From positions 11,490-75,489 of the forward strand of contig JAFVNW010000060.1 in assembly GCA_017506175.1 (NCBI GenBank): a DNA stretch of 64,000 nucleotides, in the 5' to 3' direction. This DNA is from Bacteroidales bacterium (GTDB taxonomy: Bacteria; Bacteroidota; Bacteroidia; Bacteroidales; WCHB1-69). This document shows positions 55,493-64,000 of this stretch, one piece after another. The translations under genes and the position numbers were made by a program. The notes beneath the pieces were generated by a model that made no database searches, was not told the origin of the DNA, and worked only from the letters and a program-made list of their open reading frames with translations. How positions within the stretch are numbered: position 1 is the stretch's first letter; every line of letters starts with the position of its first letter.

Positions 55493-56488
55493 ATGAAGAA
55501 GTTTGTTTTTTGGGTGATGATTTCAATGGTTGTGTGCGGATCGCTTTCTTCTTGCAAGAAAGAGAAGAAAAATGCGCCGGCAGGGCAGGAGACGAAACTG
55601 GAAACCTTGGTTGCGCCGCCCTTCGATGCCGATTCCGCTTTCCATTTCGTGAAGGCACAGACCGATTTTGGACCGCGGGTGCCCAATACCACGGCGCACG
55701 ACAGATGCGGCGAATATTTGCAGAAAACGCTCGCGAAATATGCGGACACGCTCTATGTACAGTCGTTTTCCGCAAAGAATTACAAAGGCACGCAACTGAG
55801 AGGCAAGAATATCATCGGTGTCTTCAACCCCGACCAGACGCGGCGCGTGATTCTGGCTTCGCACTGGGACTCTCGTCACGTTGCCGACCATGATCCCGAC
55901 CCGGCCAACCGCACCACCCCGATTGATGGTGCCAACGATGGTGCGAGCGGTGTGGGCGTTCTGCTGGAAATCGCCCGCCAGCTGTCGGAAAAGGCCCCCA
56001 ACATCGGAGTGGATATCATTTTCTTCGACTTGGAAGACCATGGGACGCCCGAAAATGAAACCTCGCCCCAGGGCGACTGGTGGTGTCTCGGCTCGCAGCA
56101 TTGGACCGCCAATCCGCATATCGCCGGCTACAGCGCCGACTTCGGCATTCTGCTGGATATGGTGGGCGACAAAAGTGCGGTGTTCCGCTACGAGTATTTC
56201 TCCAAAGCCCATGCGCTGAGCGTGCTCTCCAAAGTTTGGGGAACTGCCTACCAACTGGGCTATGGCACGCGGTTTGTGCAGCAAAATTCCAACCCCATCA
56301 CGGACGATCACTATTATGTGAACGAAATCGCGCACATCCCGATGATCGACATCATCCATCAGGAAGACCATACCGGCACGGGTTTCCCGCTTACTTGGCA
56401 CACTCTAAACGACAATATTGAGAACATCGACAAGGGCACGCTGGACATGGTGGGGAAAACGGTGCTGTCGGTGGTTTATGGCGAATAG
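55493..56488 (+). CDS. M28-family glutaminyl-peptide cyclotransferase-like lipoprotein (ATG 55493 preferred)
   Basis: Lipobox GSLSSCKKE. M28/QC motifs SHWDSRHVADHD and GANDGASGVGVLLEIAR. This is the type II glutaminyl cyclase architecture known from oral Bacteroidetes. Confidence 0.8.
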   Translation: MKKFVFWVMISMVVCGSLSSCKKEKKNAPAGQETKLETLVAPPFDADSAFHFVKAQTDFGPRVPNTTAHDRCGEYLQKTLAKYADTLYVQSFSAKNYKGTQLRGKNIIGVFNPDQTRRVILASHWDSRHVADHDPDPANRTTPIDGANDGASGVGVLLEIARQLSEKAPNIGVDIIFFDLEDHGTPENETSPQGDWWCLGSQHWTANPHIAGYSADFGILLDMVGDKSAVFRYEYFSKAHALSVLSKVWGTAYQLGYGTRFVQQNSNPITDDHYYVNEIAHIPMIDIIHQEDHTGTGFPLTWHTLNDNIENIDKGTLDMVGKTVLSVVYGE

Positions 56489-56538
56489 GGTATGGGGTGA
56501 AGTACTACAAATGCGAATAAACGAAAAACAGAGTGACT

Positions 56539-57840
56539 ATGGAGAATTTCCTCGATTCTAAAATCATCGTTTTCAAATTCGGCGGGGCCTCCGTAAAAGA
56601 TGCCGCCGGTGTGAAGAACCTGCAGCGCATCGTGGAACAATACAAGGACAGGAAGCTCTTTGTCGTGATTTCCGCCGTGGGCAAGACCACCAATCTGCTG
56701 GAAAAAGTCTTGGATGCCTATTTTTATGGGCAAACAGATTGGAAACCGCTTTTTAATCAGCTGAAAGACAATCACTTGGAGATTGCCCGCGCACTCACGG
56801 AGCATAACGACCGCATCATTGCCAAGCTGGATAGCGTGTTTGAGCAGTTGGAGCAGAAATTGCAGAGCCCGCATTCCGACCGTTACGAATATGAGTATGA
56901 CCAGATTGTCAGTTTCGGGGAAATACTATCTACCAAGCTGATTTCCACCTACTTGAATATTGTCGGTGTGCGCAACCAATGGCTGGATGCGCGCCGGATG
57001 CTATTGACCGACAAGAACTTTATGGAGGCGAAGATTGACTGGTACGCTTCGGAAACCGCGTTGAAGAATGCCGTTTCCGCCGTTACGTTGAAACACGATG
57101 AGAATCTGTTGATTACGCAGGGCTTTATTGCGGGAACCGGCGACGGCTGCGCCACCACCTTCGGTCGCGAGGGCTCCGACTATTCTGCAGCCATCATTGC
57201 TTATCTGCTTGATGCAGAGAATGTTACGATTTGGAAAGATGTGCCCGGACTGCTCAACGCTGACCCGAAATACTTTCCGGAAGCAGTCAAGTTGGATTCC
57301 ATCTCCTACGAAGAGGCGATTGAACTTTCCTATTACGGCGCCACCATCATCCATCCGAAAACACTCAAGCCGTTGCAAAACAAGCAGATACCTCTTTATA
57401 TCAAGCCGTTTCTGCATCCCGAGGAGAGTGGTAGCGTGATCTCTTTCGCTGGCCAAAAAGATGAAATCCCTTCCTACATCTTCAAGCGGAACCAGCTTCT
57501 GATTACCATCTTCCCGAAGGATTTCTCCTTTATTACCGTTGATAATCTGTCAAAAATCTTCGCGATTTTGTCGAAATACGGTGTGAAGGTGAATCTGATG
57601 CAGAATACCGCTCTGAGTTTTTCCATCTGCACCGAAAACATCCCCCGAAATATCACAAAGGTAGTCAATGAGTTGAGTGGTGATTTCGTGATCAAGTACA
57701 ATGAGAATATGGAATTGGTCACCATCCGCCATTATTCGGAAGACATTGTGAATAAAGTGATTGGGGGGCGCAAAGTGTATGCCGAGCAGCGTTCGCGCGT
57801 CACGGTGCAGGTTGTGGTGAAAGAGGAGAACCTGTTGTGA
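56539..57840 (+). CDS. aspartate kinase (ATG 56539; the track starts at GTG 56533)
   Basis: IVFKFGGASV nucleotide-binding motif, GREGSDYSAA, and two ACT-like C-terminal domains. Confidence 0.88.
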   Translation: MENFLDSKIIVFKFGGASVKDAAGVKNLQRIVEQYKDRKLFVVISAVGKTTNLLEKVLDAYFYGQTDWKPLFNQLKDNHLEIARALTEHNDRIIAKLDSVFEQLEQKLQSPHSDRYEYEYDQIVSFGEILSTKLISTYLNIVGVRNQWLDARRMLLTDKNFMEAKIDWYASETALKNAVSAVTLKHDENLLITQGFIAGTGDGCATTFGREGSDYSAAIIAYLLDAENVTIWKDVPGLLNADPKYFPEAVKLDSISYEEAIELSYYGATIIHPKTLKPLQNKQIPLYIKPFLHPEESGSVISFAGQKDEIPSYIFKRNQLLITIFPKDFSFITVDNLSKIFAILSKYGVKVNLMQNTALSFSICTENIPRNITKVVNELSGDFVIKYNENMELVTIRHYSEDIVNKVIGGRKVYAEQRSRVTVQVVVKEENLL

Positions 57841-57892
57841 AATTTTTCTGAAAAAATCGAAAAAGACTGAAATAACGAGCCGAAAAATCTCG

Positions 57893-57900
57893 TACTTTTG
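57893..57900 (+). promoter_or_regulatory. Bacteroidota -7 promoter box (TACTTTTG)
   Basis: TAnnTTTG match 33 nt upstream of ATG 57933. Confidence 0.5.
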
Positions 57901-57932
57901 CAGCCTAAATTCAAAAAACAAACTTTCAAAAT

Positions 57933-58886
57933 ATGAAAAGAATTTTAATCATTGGAGCCTCCGGACAGATTGGTTCAGAATTGACTCCCGCGTTCCGCAA
58001 AATTTATGGTAGCGACAACGTTGTTGCAAGCGACCTTGTTTATCCGTTAAAACCTGAATTGGCTGAAGCCGGTCCGTCTGTGAAGATTGACGCAACCAAG
58101 CGTGAAGATATCGCCGATGCTGTCAAGAAATTCAATATCGATACGATTTTCAACTTGGCGGCCATCCTTTCCGCAAAGGCGGAGGCGAACCCGATGCTGG
58201 GTTGGAATGTCGGCATTGGCGCGCTGCTCAACTGCCTGGAAGTGGCCCGCGAACTGCACACCGCCGTTTTCACGCCGAGCTCCATCGGCGCGTTCGGTCC
58301 TGAAACCCCGCACGACGGCACCCCGCAAGACACCATCCAACGCCCCAAAACCATCTACGGCGTTACCAAAGTAACCGGCGAATTGCTGAGCGACTACTAT
58401 TTCAAACGCTTCGGCGTGGACACCCGTTCGGTCCGCTTCCCCGGCATCATCTCCAATGTGACGTTGCCTGGCGGTGGCACCACCGATTACGCAGTGGAAA
58501 TCTACTACGCAGCCGTCAAGGAAGGCAAGTTCGTCTGCCCGATCAAGGAAGGTACCCTGATGGATATGATGTACATGCCCGACGCCATCAACGCCATCGT
58601 GCAACTGATGGAAGCCGATCCGAGCAAGCTGATCCACAGAAACTCCTTCAACATCGCTTCCATGAGTTTCGGCCCTGAAACGATTTATGCTGAAATTAAA
58701 AAGCACATCCCTTCATTCACAATGACTTACGAAGTGGAACCCATCAAACAGGGCATCGCCGACTCCTGGCCGAACTATATGGACGACAGCGCGGCACGCG
58801 AGGAATGGGGCTGGAAACCGACTTACGACCTCGCCTCCATGACCGTTGATATGCTGAAAGTTTTGAAGGAAAGATACAATAAATAA
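57933..58886 (+). CDS. NAD-dependent epimerase/dehydratase-family protein, L-threonine 3-dehydrogenase-like
   Basis: ILIIGASGQIGSEL Rossmann motif and YGVTK catalytic YxxxK; 317 aa, the short-chain TDH type. Confidence 0.75.
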   Translation: MKRILIIGASGQIGSELTPAFRKIYGSDNVVASDLVYPLKPELAEAGPSVKIDATKREDIADAVKKFNIDTIFNLAAILSAKAEANPMLGWNVGIGALLNCLEVARELHTAVFTPSSIGAFGPETPHDGTPQDTIQRPKTIYGVTKVTGELLSDYYFKRFGVDTRSVRFPGIISNVTLPGGGTTDYAVEIYYAAVKEGKFVCPIKEGTLMDMMYMPDAINAIVQLMEADPSKLIHRNSFNIASMSFGPETIYAEIKKHIPSFTMTYEVEPIKQGIADSWPNYMDDSAAREEWGWKPTYDLASMTVDMLKVLKERYNK

Positions 58887-58958
58887 TGCAGCATTTCAGT
58901 GCCTGATTTATCATTTAAATCCCTGTTCGTTTTAGCGAATGGGGATTTTTGTTAATGG

Positions 58959-60026
58959 ATGAGAAAAATGCAGATTCCGTTGTTAAAAAAGCAGATTCTT
59001 CTGATGTGGGTTTTTCTGTTGCCGCTCATTCTTTTAGCGCAGAAACCTTCCACGGTGAAGGTCATCGGCACGGGCGACATCATGATGGGAAATACCTATC
59101 CTCCTGAGCATCAGCTGCTTCCGGCAGACGGCGGAAGGCATCTGTTTGATGAGGTAAAGCCCTGTTTGCGTGCCGCCGATGTCGCTTTCGGCAATTTGGA
59201 AGGCGTGCTGATGGACAGTGTGGGGGAGCCCCGGTCGCGTGGCAATACCAGTGTCCCGTATTTCATTTTCAAGATGCCTGAAAAGTATGTGAACCTCCTG
59301 TTGGATGCGGGGTATGACATTGTGAGTGTGGCGAACAATCATGTCAATGATTTTCAATCACTTGGAAGGAATCGCACGCAGCAGGTCCTGAGGAGTGCGG
59401 GTCTGAAATTCGCTGGTTCTTCCACCCAGAAGAGCATTGTTTTTGAGAAAAACGGCGTGAAATACGGTTTCTGCGCCTTCTCTACCGCCTACGATTCTCC
59501 CAGCATTTACAACGCTTCCCGCGCGAAAGACCTGATTTCGGAGTTGAGTGAGAAGTGCGATATCGTGATTGTGTCGTTTCATGGGGGGCAGGAGGGCAGC
59601 CAATACACGCACCTGCCGTTTGCGTCGGAGTATGGGATGGGCAATTCGTGCGGGGATTTGTACGTGTTCGCGCACGCCTGTGTGGATGCCGGCGCCGACA
59701 TTGTTTTCGGTCACGGGCCGCATGTGGCGCGCGCCGTTGAACTCTACAAGGGGCGCTTCATCGCCTATAGTTTGGGCAATTTCTGTACCCCTTATGGAAT
59801 GAACATCACCGGAGTGAGCGGCTATGCCCCGATGATTCAGGTGGAAGTGAAACTTGACGGGCAATTCGTTGAAGGACAGATATTTGCGGCGAAGCAGGTG
59901 TGGGGGCGTGGTCCCAAAATGGATGCGGCGAAGTCGGTTGTCAAGGAGATAAAGACGCTCACGGAGGAGGATTTCCCGGAATCGCTGCTCCAAATTTCGG
60001 ATAGTGGCAAAATCACCCGTAAGTAG
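58959..60026 (+). CDS. CapA-family metallophosphoesterase-like protein (PGA_cap domain), exported
   Basis: Signal peptide, then GTGDIMMG, FGNLEG, SVANNH, VSFHGGQE and GHGPH motifs. Confidence 0.8.
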   Translation: MRKMQIPLLKKQILLMWVFLLPLILLAQKPSTVKVIGTGDIMMGNTYPPEHQLLPADGGRHLFDEVKPCLRAADVAFGNLEGVLMDSVGEPRSRGNTSVPYFIFKMPEKYVNLLLDAGYDIVSVANNHVNDFQSLGRNRTQQVLRSAGLKFAGSSTQKSIVFEKNGVKYGFCAFSTAYDSPSIYNASRAKDLISELSEKCDIVIVSFHGGQEGSQYTHLPFASEYGMGNSCGDLYVFAHACVDAGADIVFGHGPHVARAVELYKGRFIAYSLGNFCTPYGMNITGVSGYAPMIQVEVKLDGQFVEGQIFAAKQVWGRGPKMDAAKSVVKEIKTLTEEDFPESLLQISDSGKITRK

Positions 60027-60028
60027 TT

Positions 60029-61210
60029 ATGAACCAGCTGTATGTCTTCAATCCCGACCACGATTTGGCTCTGGCGCATGGCATGACGCATTACGTCTCG
60101 CCGGCTTCTGCCGTGCAATTCGCCACGGATGCCGCAGTGCTCCCCGCTTGGATTTTTGATGACGGCTATTTGCTTGTAAACAAAGATGTTACGGATTCCG
60201 ATTTTCTTTCTTTGTGTAAAAAGTTGAATATCCGCAGCCGTTGGGTTACCAACGAAGGGTTGACGGACATCTTGAGAGAGGATAACAAGATCGAGGTCGT
60301 GCCTTGGGGCTGGAATTACACCTTCCGTCAGAAAATGGCGGATTCCGGCGTTGACGTTGCATGTTTGCCCACGATGCAGGATTTGGAGAATATCCGCCGT
60401 TTGTCGCATCGCCGCTTGACCATTGCCGCGTTGCAGTTTTTGAATCGGAAAAATGCAGCTAACGACTATCCTCTTCCGCTGGAATTGACTACTATTGAGG
60501 CGGTTGACGATTTTGTGAAGGTGCATGGCGATGTGGTTTTGAAGATGCCGTGGTCGGGGAGTGGACGTGGACTCCGGCGCGTGGTAGGGGAGATGACGGA
60601 GCATCAGCGGGGCTGGGCGAGGCAATCGATACGGAAGCACGGCTGCGTGATGGGCGAGATCTTCCGGAATGTGGTGCAGGATTTCGCGATGGAATTCCAC
60701 TGCGGGGCGGAAGTCGGCTTTTGCGGCTATTCCCTTTTCTCCACTCATAACGGCGTCTATCAGGGGAATGTGCTGATGTCGGATGATGCGATTGAAACCC
60801 ATTTGGCGCAATTCATCTCTCCGATGCAGATTGCTGAAACCCAACATTCGCTCTTGCAATTTTTGGAAGCGGAAGTCCGGCCGTTTTACAAAGGTCCTGT
60901 CGGCGTGGATATGTTTGTCTTTCAAGAGGATAACCAGTACCGCCTTGATCCGTGTGTGGAGATCAACCTGCGGATGACGATGGGGTTGTTGGCGACCGTT
61001 TTTTGCAAGAAATATTTGGAAAAAGAGTCGAAAGGCTTGTTAAAAATGCGGCATTCCTCGAAGAATGGCGCGTTGCTGGCCGAGAAGCGGCAGTTTTCAG
61101 CGCAGACCCCTCCTGTGATTCGGGACGGAAAACTTGTCAGCGGACATCTCTTTTCAACGCCCATCCATGCTGAAACACACTATGCGGTAGAGATGTTTGT
61201 CGGAATGTAG
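60029..61210 (+). CDS. hypothetical protein with ATP-grasp-like features
   Basis: Starts 2 nt after the capA stop. VVLKMPWSGSGRGLRRV (P-loop-like of ATP-grasp) and GVDMFVFQEDNQYRLDPCVEINLRMTMG (E-x-N metal-binding region). Confidence 0.55.
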   Translation: MNQLYVFNPDHDLALAHGMTHYVSPASAVQFATDAAVLPAWIFDDGYLLVNKDVTDSDFLSLCKKLNIRSRWVTNEGLTDILREDNKIEVVPWGWNYTFRQKMADSGVDVACLPTMQDLENIRRLSHRRLTIAALQFLNRKNAANDYPLPLELTTIEAVDDFVKVHGDVVLKMPWSGSGRGLRRVVGEMTEHQRGWARQSIRKHGCVMGEIFRNVVQDFAMEFHCGAEVGFCGYSLFSTHNGVYQGNVLMSDDAIETHLAQFISPMQIAETQHSLLQFLEAEVRPFYKGPVGVDMFVFQEDNQYRLDPCVEINLRMTMGLLATVFCKKYLEKESKGLLKMRHSSKNGALLAEKRQFSAQTPPVIRDGKLVSGHLFSTPIHAETHYAVEMFVGM

Positions 61211-61214
61211 CCGG

Positions 61215-61303
61215 TGGGGAGAGGAAGGGAGGAAGAGATTAAAAGATTAAAGGATTAAAGGAGGAAGGGATGAAAGGATGAAAGGATGAAAGGAGGATGA
61301 GAG
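61215..61303 (+). repeat. C-free purine-rich tract with two sets of tandem 8-mers
   Basis: GATTAAAA GATTAAAG GATTAAAG ... GGATGAAA GGATGAAA GGATGAAA. There is no cytosine on the plus strand over about 90 nt. Confidence 0.8.
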
Positions 61304-61323
61304 CTACTCCTTAACAGCTACTA

Positions 61324-61530
61324 CTACTTTTTAACAAGAACCAATTCACCGAAAGAAATCTTCCTTTTATCTTTATACCCAAGGCGATGATTATATTCAA
61401 AGGAAGAATACACAGGGATTCTTATGGTGTCAGGGAAACTTTTGTGAATCGCACTGTCTTTATCTTCGGCCAACACCATTTTTTCGTATTCTTTTCTGTC
61501 GAGAAACAGTTCGGGCCAATATCCTCCCAT
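61324..61530 (-). CDS. hypothetical small protein
   Basis: 68-aa ORF, AT-rich, 6 nt downstream of 61537..62088 on the same strand. Confidence 0.4.
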   Translation of the reverse strand: MGGYWPELFLDRKEYEKMVLAEDKDSAIHKSFPDTIRIPVYSSFEYNHRLGYKDKRKISFGELVLVKK

Positions 61531-61536
61531 TATCTC

Positions 61537-62088
61537 TCAGTAACATAAAGGAATACAATTTTTATTTGATGCAATGACAGTAGAAAAATCTTGTAAATAT
61601 TGTAAAGTATCATCAAAATCAATGTAAACATCATCGCAGTTCTGGCGTTCATGCATCGGCTTAATAATGTGTGAAACGCCCAGCACACATTGGGAAGGAT
61701 CATAAACACCGATTAATTGTTGATCTTTGATTGTTTCGCTATTTTTGTAATACAAGCATTTTTCTTGTAATGAATCAGGCCATTTATACCAATGTTTCCA
61801 TTCAACATATACTTCATTGAAAACTAATTTCATGTAAAAGATGCTGTCCTTGTATTCAAATGGAAGTGCGTCGTAATAACATACAAAAACTCCTTTGCTT
61901 TTTGCTTCTTCCGAAGAGTGAGTATGACTCCAATGGTCAGTGCCTTTTTTTAGATGAAAAGTGCTGATGAGAGTTTCGCTTATTTCTTCGTGCCTATAAA
62001 TCACAAAGATAAGACTACTACCTATAAGCAATATTACTGCGGCTATTGCTGCAACAATTATTGTCACTCTACGCTTGCTTTTTGTCAT
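61537..62088 (-). CDS. hypothetical membrane-anchored protein
   Basis: N-terminal KRRVTIIVAAIAAVILLIGSSLIFVIY anchor; AT-rich; no recognised domain. Confidence 0.5.
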   Translation of the reverse strand: MTKSKRRVTIIVAAIAAVILLIGSSLIFVIYRHEEISETLISTFHLKKGTDHWSHTHSSEEAKSKGVFVCYYDALPFEYKDSIFYMKLVFNEVYVEWKHWYKWPDSLQEKCLYYKNSETIKDQQLIGVYDPSQCVLGVSHIIKPMHERQNCDDVYIDFDDTLQYLQDFSTVIASNKNCIPLCY

Positions 62089-62134
62089 GGCTTAATAAAT
62101 TTACCATTAGGGTTGGCTTGTAGTCGCTCGCGGC

Positions 62135-62688
62135 TCAGTGCGTGCAGAAGTACTTCCACAACGGCGCGATCATCAGTGCCTGGTAGAAGTCGTTGTTTTG
62201 GAGGTGGCGGAGCACTTCGTCGCGGCTCATCAGCAGCACGTCGATGTCCTCGCTTGGTTCGCGGTGCGGTTCGGTGATGCGTTTCACGCCTTCGGCGAGG
62301 AATGAGTGGTTGTGTTGTTCATCGTGCTGGCATTGGCGCACAGGTCCATCAGCGGGGTCCACACTCCGCCGCCGAAGCCGGTTTCCTCTTCCAATTCGCG
62401 TTTCGCCGCCTGAAGGGGCTCCTCGCCCTTCTCCACCACACCCGCGCAAATCTCCATGCACACCTTGCCCAACCCGTGCCGGTATTGGCGCTCCATCACA
62501 AAGTCGCCCTCTTCTGTGATGGCCACCACATTCACCCAGTCAGGATATTCCAGCACATAATACTCATACATCACAAACCCCGACGGCAGTTGCACCTCGT
62601 CCTTACGGGCTCTCAGCCATGGCCGGTCAATCAGGTACTCGGAGGAGAGAACCCTCCATCGCTTGTCGTTTTCACTCATGATATTCAA
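62135..62688 (-). pseudogene. NUDIX hydrolase split by a frameshift near 62305-62320
   Basis: ORF 62284..62688 carries the Nudix box GVVEKGEEPLQAAKRELEEETGF and ends ...ASTMNNTTTHSSPKA. The natural continuation HSFLAEGVKRITEPH... is in ORF 62135..62461, in another frame. Confidence 0.7.
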
Positions 62689-62739
62689 TTAGTTAGGAAT
62701 GAATAATAAATGCACAAAGGTACAAAATAAAGTTTTTCG

Positions 62740-62747
62740 TAACTTTG
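62740..62747 (+). promoter_or_regulatory. Bacteroidota -7 promoter box (TAACTTTG)
   Basis: TAnnTTTG match 27 nt upstream of ATG 62774. Confidence 0.5.
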
Positions 62748-62773
62748 CGGCCTCGTTTTAATTTTACGCAATA

Positions 62774-63358
62774 ATGAAGAAAATCAGTTTGTTTTTTGCC
62801 ATCGTTTTGTGCGTCACTTGGTCATTTTCACAAATTGTTCCGAAGTTTAAGGGGCATGAGGTGAAGGGGAATATTTACAGGTTTGAAGATTCCTTGAAGA
62901 AAGAGGGCTGCCGGCGAATAGAGATACAGATTCTGCCCTCCACGCAGCAGAAATCCATCTTGATGGAGGGACCGTTCATGGGCCATTCCTGTCCGATTGT
63001 TTTGACCAAGGCACTCTACAGCGACAGCATCGTGAAGGCCGGTGCGCAGGTGTCAATCGTTCCCACCCAAACCGATTTGCGTGAATACGGAAAGGGTTGG
63101 AGCACCCTGCAGGAAGCCGGTAAAATCGTTGCGGAATTCGACAAACTTGAGAAGCAGATTGTCGCCAAATACGGCGAACCCAGTGCGAAAGACCGCGACA
63201 GGGACAAGGATTCCCACTATTTCAGCGCCTGGATATCCGACGGCTATAGGATGAGTTTGTGGATTGAGGATCGCGCCACCGAGTTGGTGCTCTGGCTGGA
63301 ATACACCAACATCGCCTGCGAGGAGGCCGATAGAGGCAAGGGCGGTAACGACTTCTAA
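62774..63358 (+). CDS. hypothetical exported protein
   Basis: Signal peptide MKKISLFFAIVLCVTWSFSQ; 194 aa. Confidence 0.55.
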   Translation: MKKISLFFAIVLCVTWSFSQIVPKFKGHEVKGNIYRFEDSLKKEGCRRIEIQILPSTQQKSILMEGPFMGHSCPIVLTKALYSDSIVKAGAQVSIVPTQTDLREYGKGWSTLQEAGKIVAEFDKLEKQIVAKYGEPSAKDRDRDKDSHYFSAWISDGYRMSLWIEDRATELVLWLEYTNIACEEADRGKGGNDF

Positions 63359-63639
63359 CCTCGGGATGGCCTTCCTTTTTCCCCGTAGATGAAGGTCGTG
63401 TCGGGTTCGAACAGACTCGCCTCGCCGCCCATCAGAATGAAGTCGGCGAGAGGGAATTGCGTGTAGTTGTCGGTCAGTCGTCGTGGGCTTTCAAGGATGA
63501 CCTTGCGTGTGCCCTTGTCAATGGCCACGACGGCATCAGTATAGTATTGTGACGGGTGTGCCAGAAAATCCACGATGAGGTCGTAGATGTCATCGGCAAT
63601 GTCTTGAAAATCTTGAGATTGATATTTTTCCATAATCAT
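63355..63639 (-). CDS. hypothetical small protein
   Basis: 94-aa ORF, convergent with a 4-nt overlap with 62774..63358. Confidence 0.45.
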   Translation of the reverse strand: MIMEKYQSQDFQDIADDIYDLIVDFLAHPSQYYTDAVVAIDKGTRKVILESPRRLTDNYTQFPLADFILMGGEASLFEPDTTFIYGEKGRPSRG

Positions 63640-63768
63640 TTTTTTTTAATTGTATCCATTCATTTAATATGAATGAGGTTGTCGTTTTTTATTTTATTTG
63701 ATCGTAATATAGGATATTAGTGAACCAAAAGAAACGGCGACATTCGGTTCGGCCGATTGAAGCCCGCA

Positions 63769-64000
63769 TTATTTTTCCATTAAGAACAGATATTCTTTGT
63801 ATTGATTGTCAGTGGTTACCCACTCGTTGGTCCAGCGCATACCGCTCATTACATTCTGTTTGTAATCAATCTCTTTTGCATCAATCAAATTGCCGTAAGT
63901 ATTGATAATGTCAAATAGTTCTTGCTTGGTCGCCCGTCCTCCCGAACCATACGAAAGCAGAATGTAATGTGCCTGCGTTTGTTCAATCAGGTCTTTGATC
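63769..64000 (-). CDS. 3' end of a gene whose start lies beyond the window; tentatively DNA methyltransferase-like
   Basis: Open minus-strand frame from the window edge to TAA at 63769-63771: IKDLIEQTQAHYILLSYGSGGRATKQELFDIINTYGNLIDAKEIDYKQNVMSGMRWTNEWVTTDNQYKEYLFLMEK. The ILLSY...G...ELxxI pattern recalls C-termini of some adenine methyltransferases. Confidence 0.4.
   Translation of the reverse strand, partial: IKDLIEQTQAHYILLSYGSGGRATKQELFDIINTYGNLIDAKEIDYKQNVMSGMRWTNEWVTTDNQYKEYLFLMEK

Overview
The window looks like a Bacteroidota (probably Bacteroidales) chromosomal segment. Many genes are preceded by TAnnTTTG -7 promoter boxes. There are many lipobox lipoproteins, a PorP/SprF type IX secretion protein, an Rnf complex, a glutaminyl cyclase-type M28 protein and a serpin. 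No rRNA, tRNA, CRISPR array, transposase or integrase was seen.

The window splits into two parts.

(1) About 1-14,000 is visibly A+T-richer and looks accessory. It holds hypothetical proteins, lipoproteins, a KptA/Tpt1 gene, a stand-alone LytTR protein and a DUF4143-type ATPase. At its left edge is the most interesting locus: two tandem radical SAM/SPASM enzymes followed by two paralogous Trp/Asp-rich small peptide genes. This is a candidate RiPP pathway that I could not match to any named family from memory.

(2) About 14,100-64,000 is G+C-richer core genome. It contains hydE-like, rarA, porP/sprF, an OmpA-family gene, an SNF transporter, a MATE transporter, serS, ftsY, queH, rnfDGEA, queA, rmuC, a serpin, a cobalamin riboswitch with nrdDG, a lipid kinase, a kdd-like gene, a branching enzyme, a Ser/Thr kinase, an acyl-ACP thioesterase, hflX, pdxA, aspartate kinase, a tdh-like gene, capA and an ATP-grasp-like gene.

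Several core genes are interrupted or oddly joined: an amber codon in hydE, a rarA-porP read-through, and TPR and NUDIX frameshifts. Two further genes have unusual 5' ends next to homopolymer runs. This points either to assembly indel errors or to real gene decay.

Other non-coding structure worth a look: a pair of inverted triple-hairpin repeats after nrdG, a 22-bp tandem array, and a duplicated promoter module with 11-bp-phased AAGAACCT repeats. All product calls come from motif recognition by eye; no database search was run.
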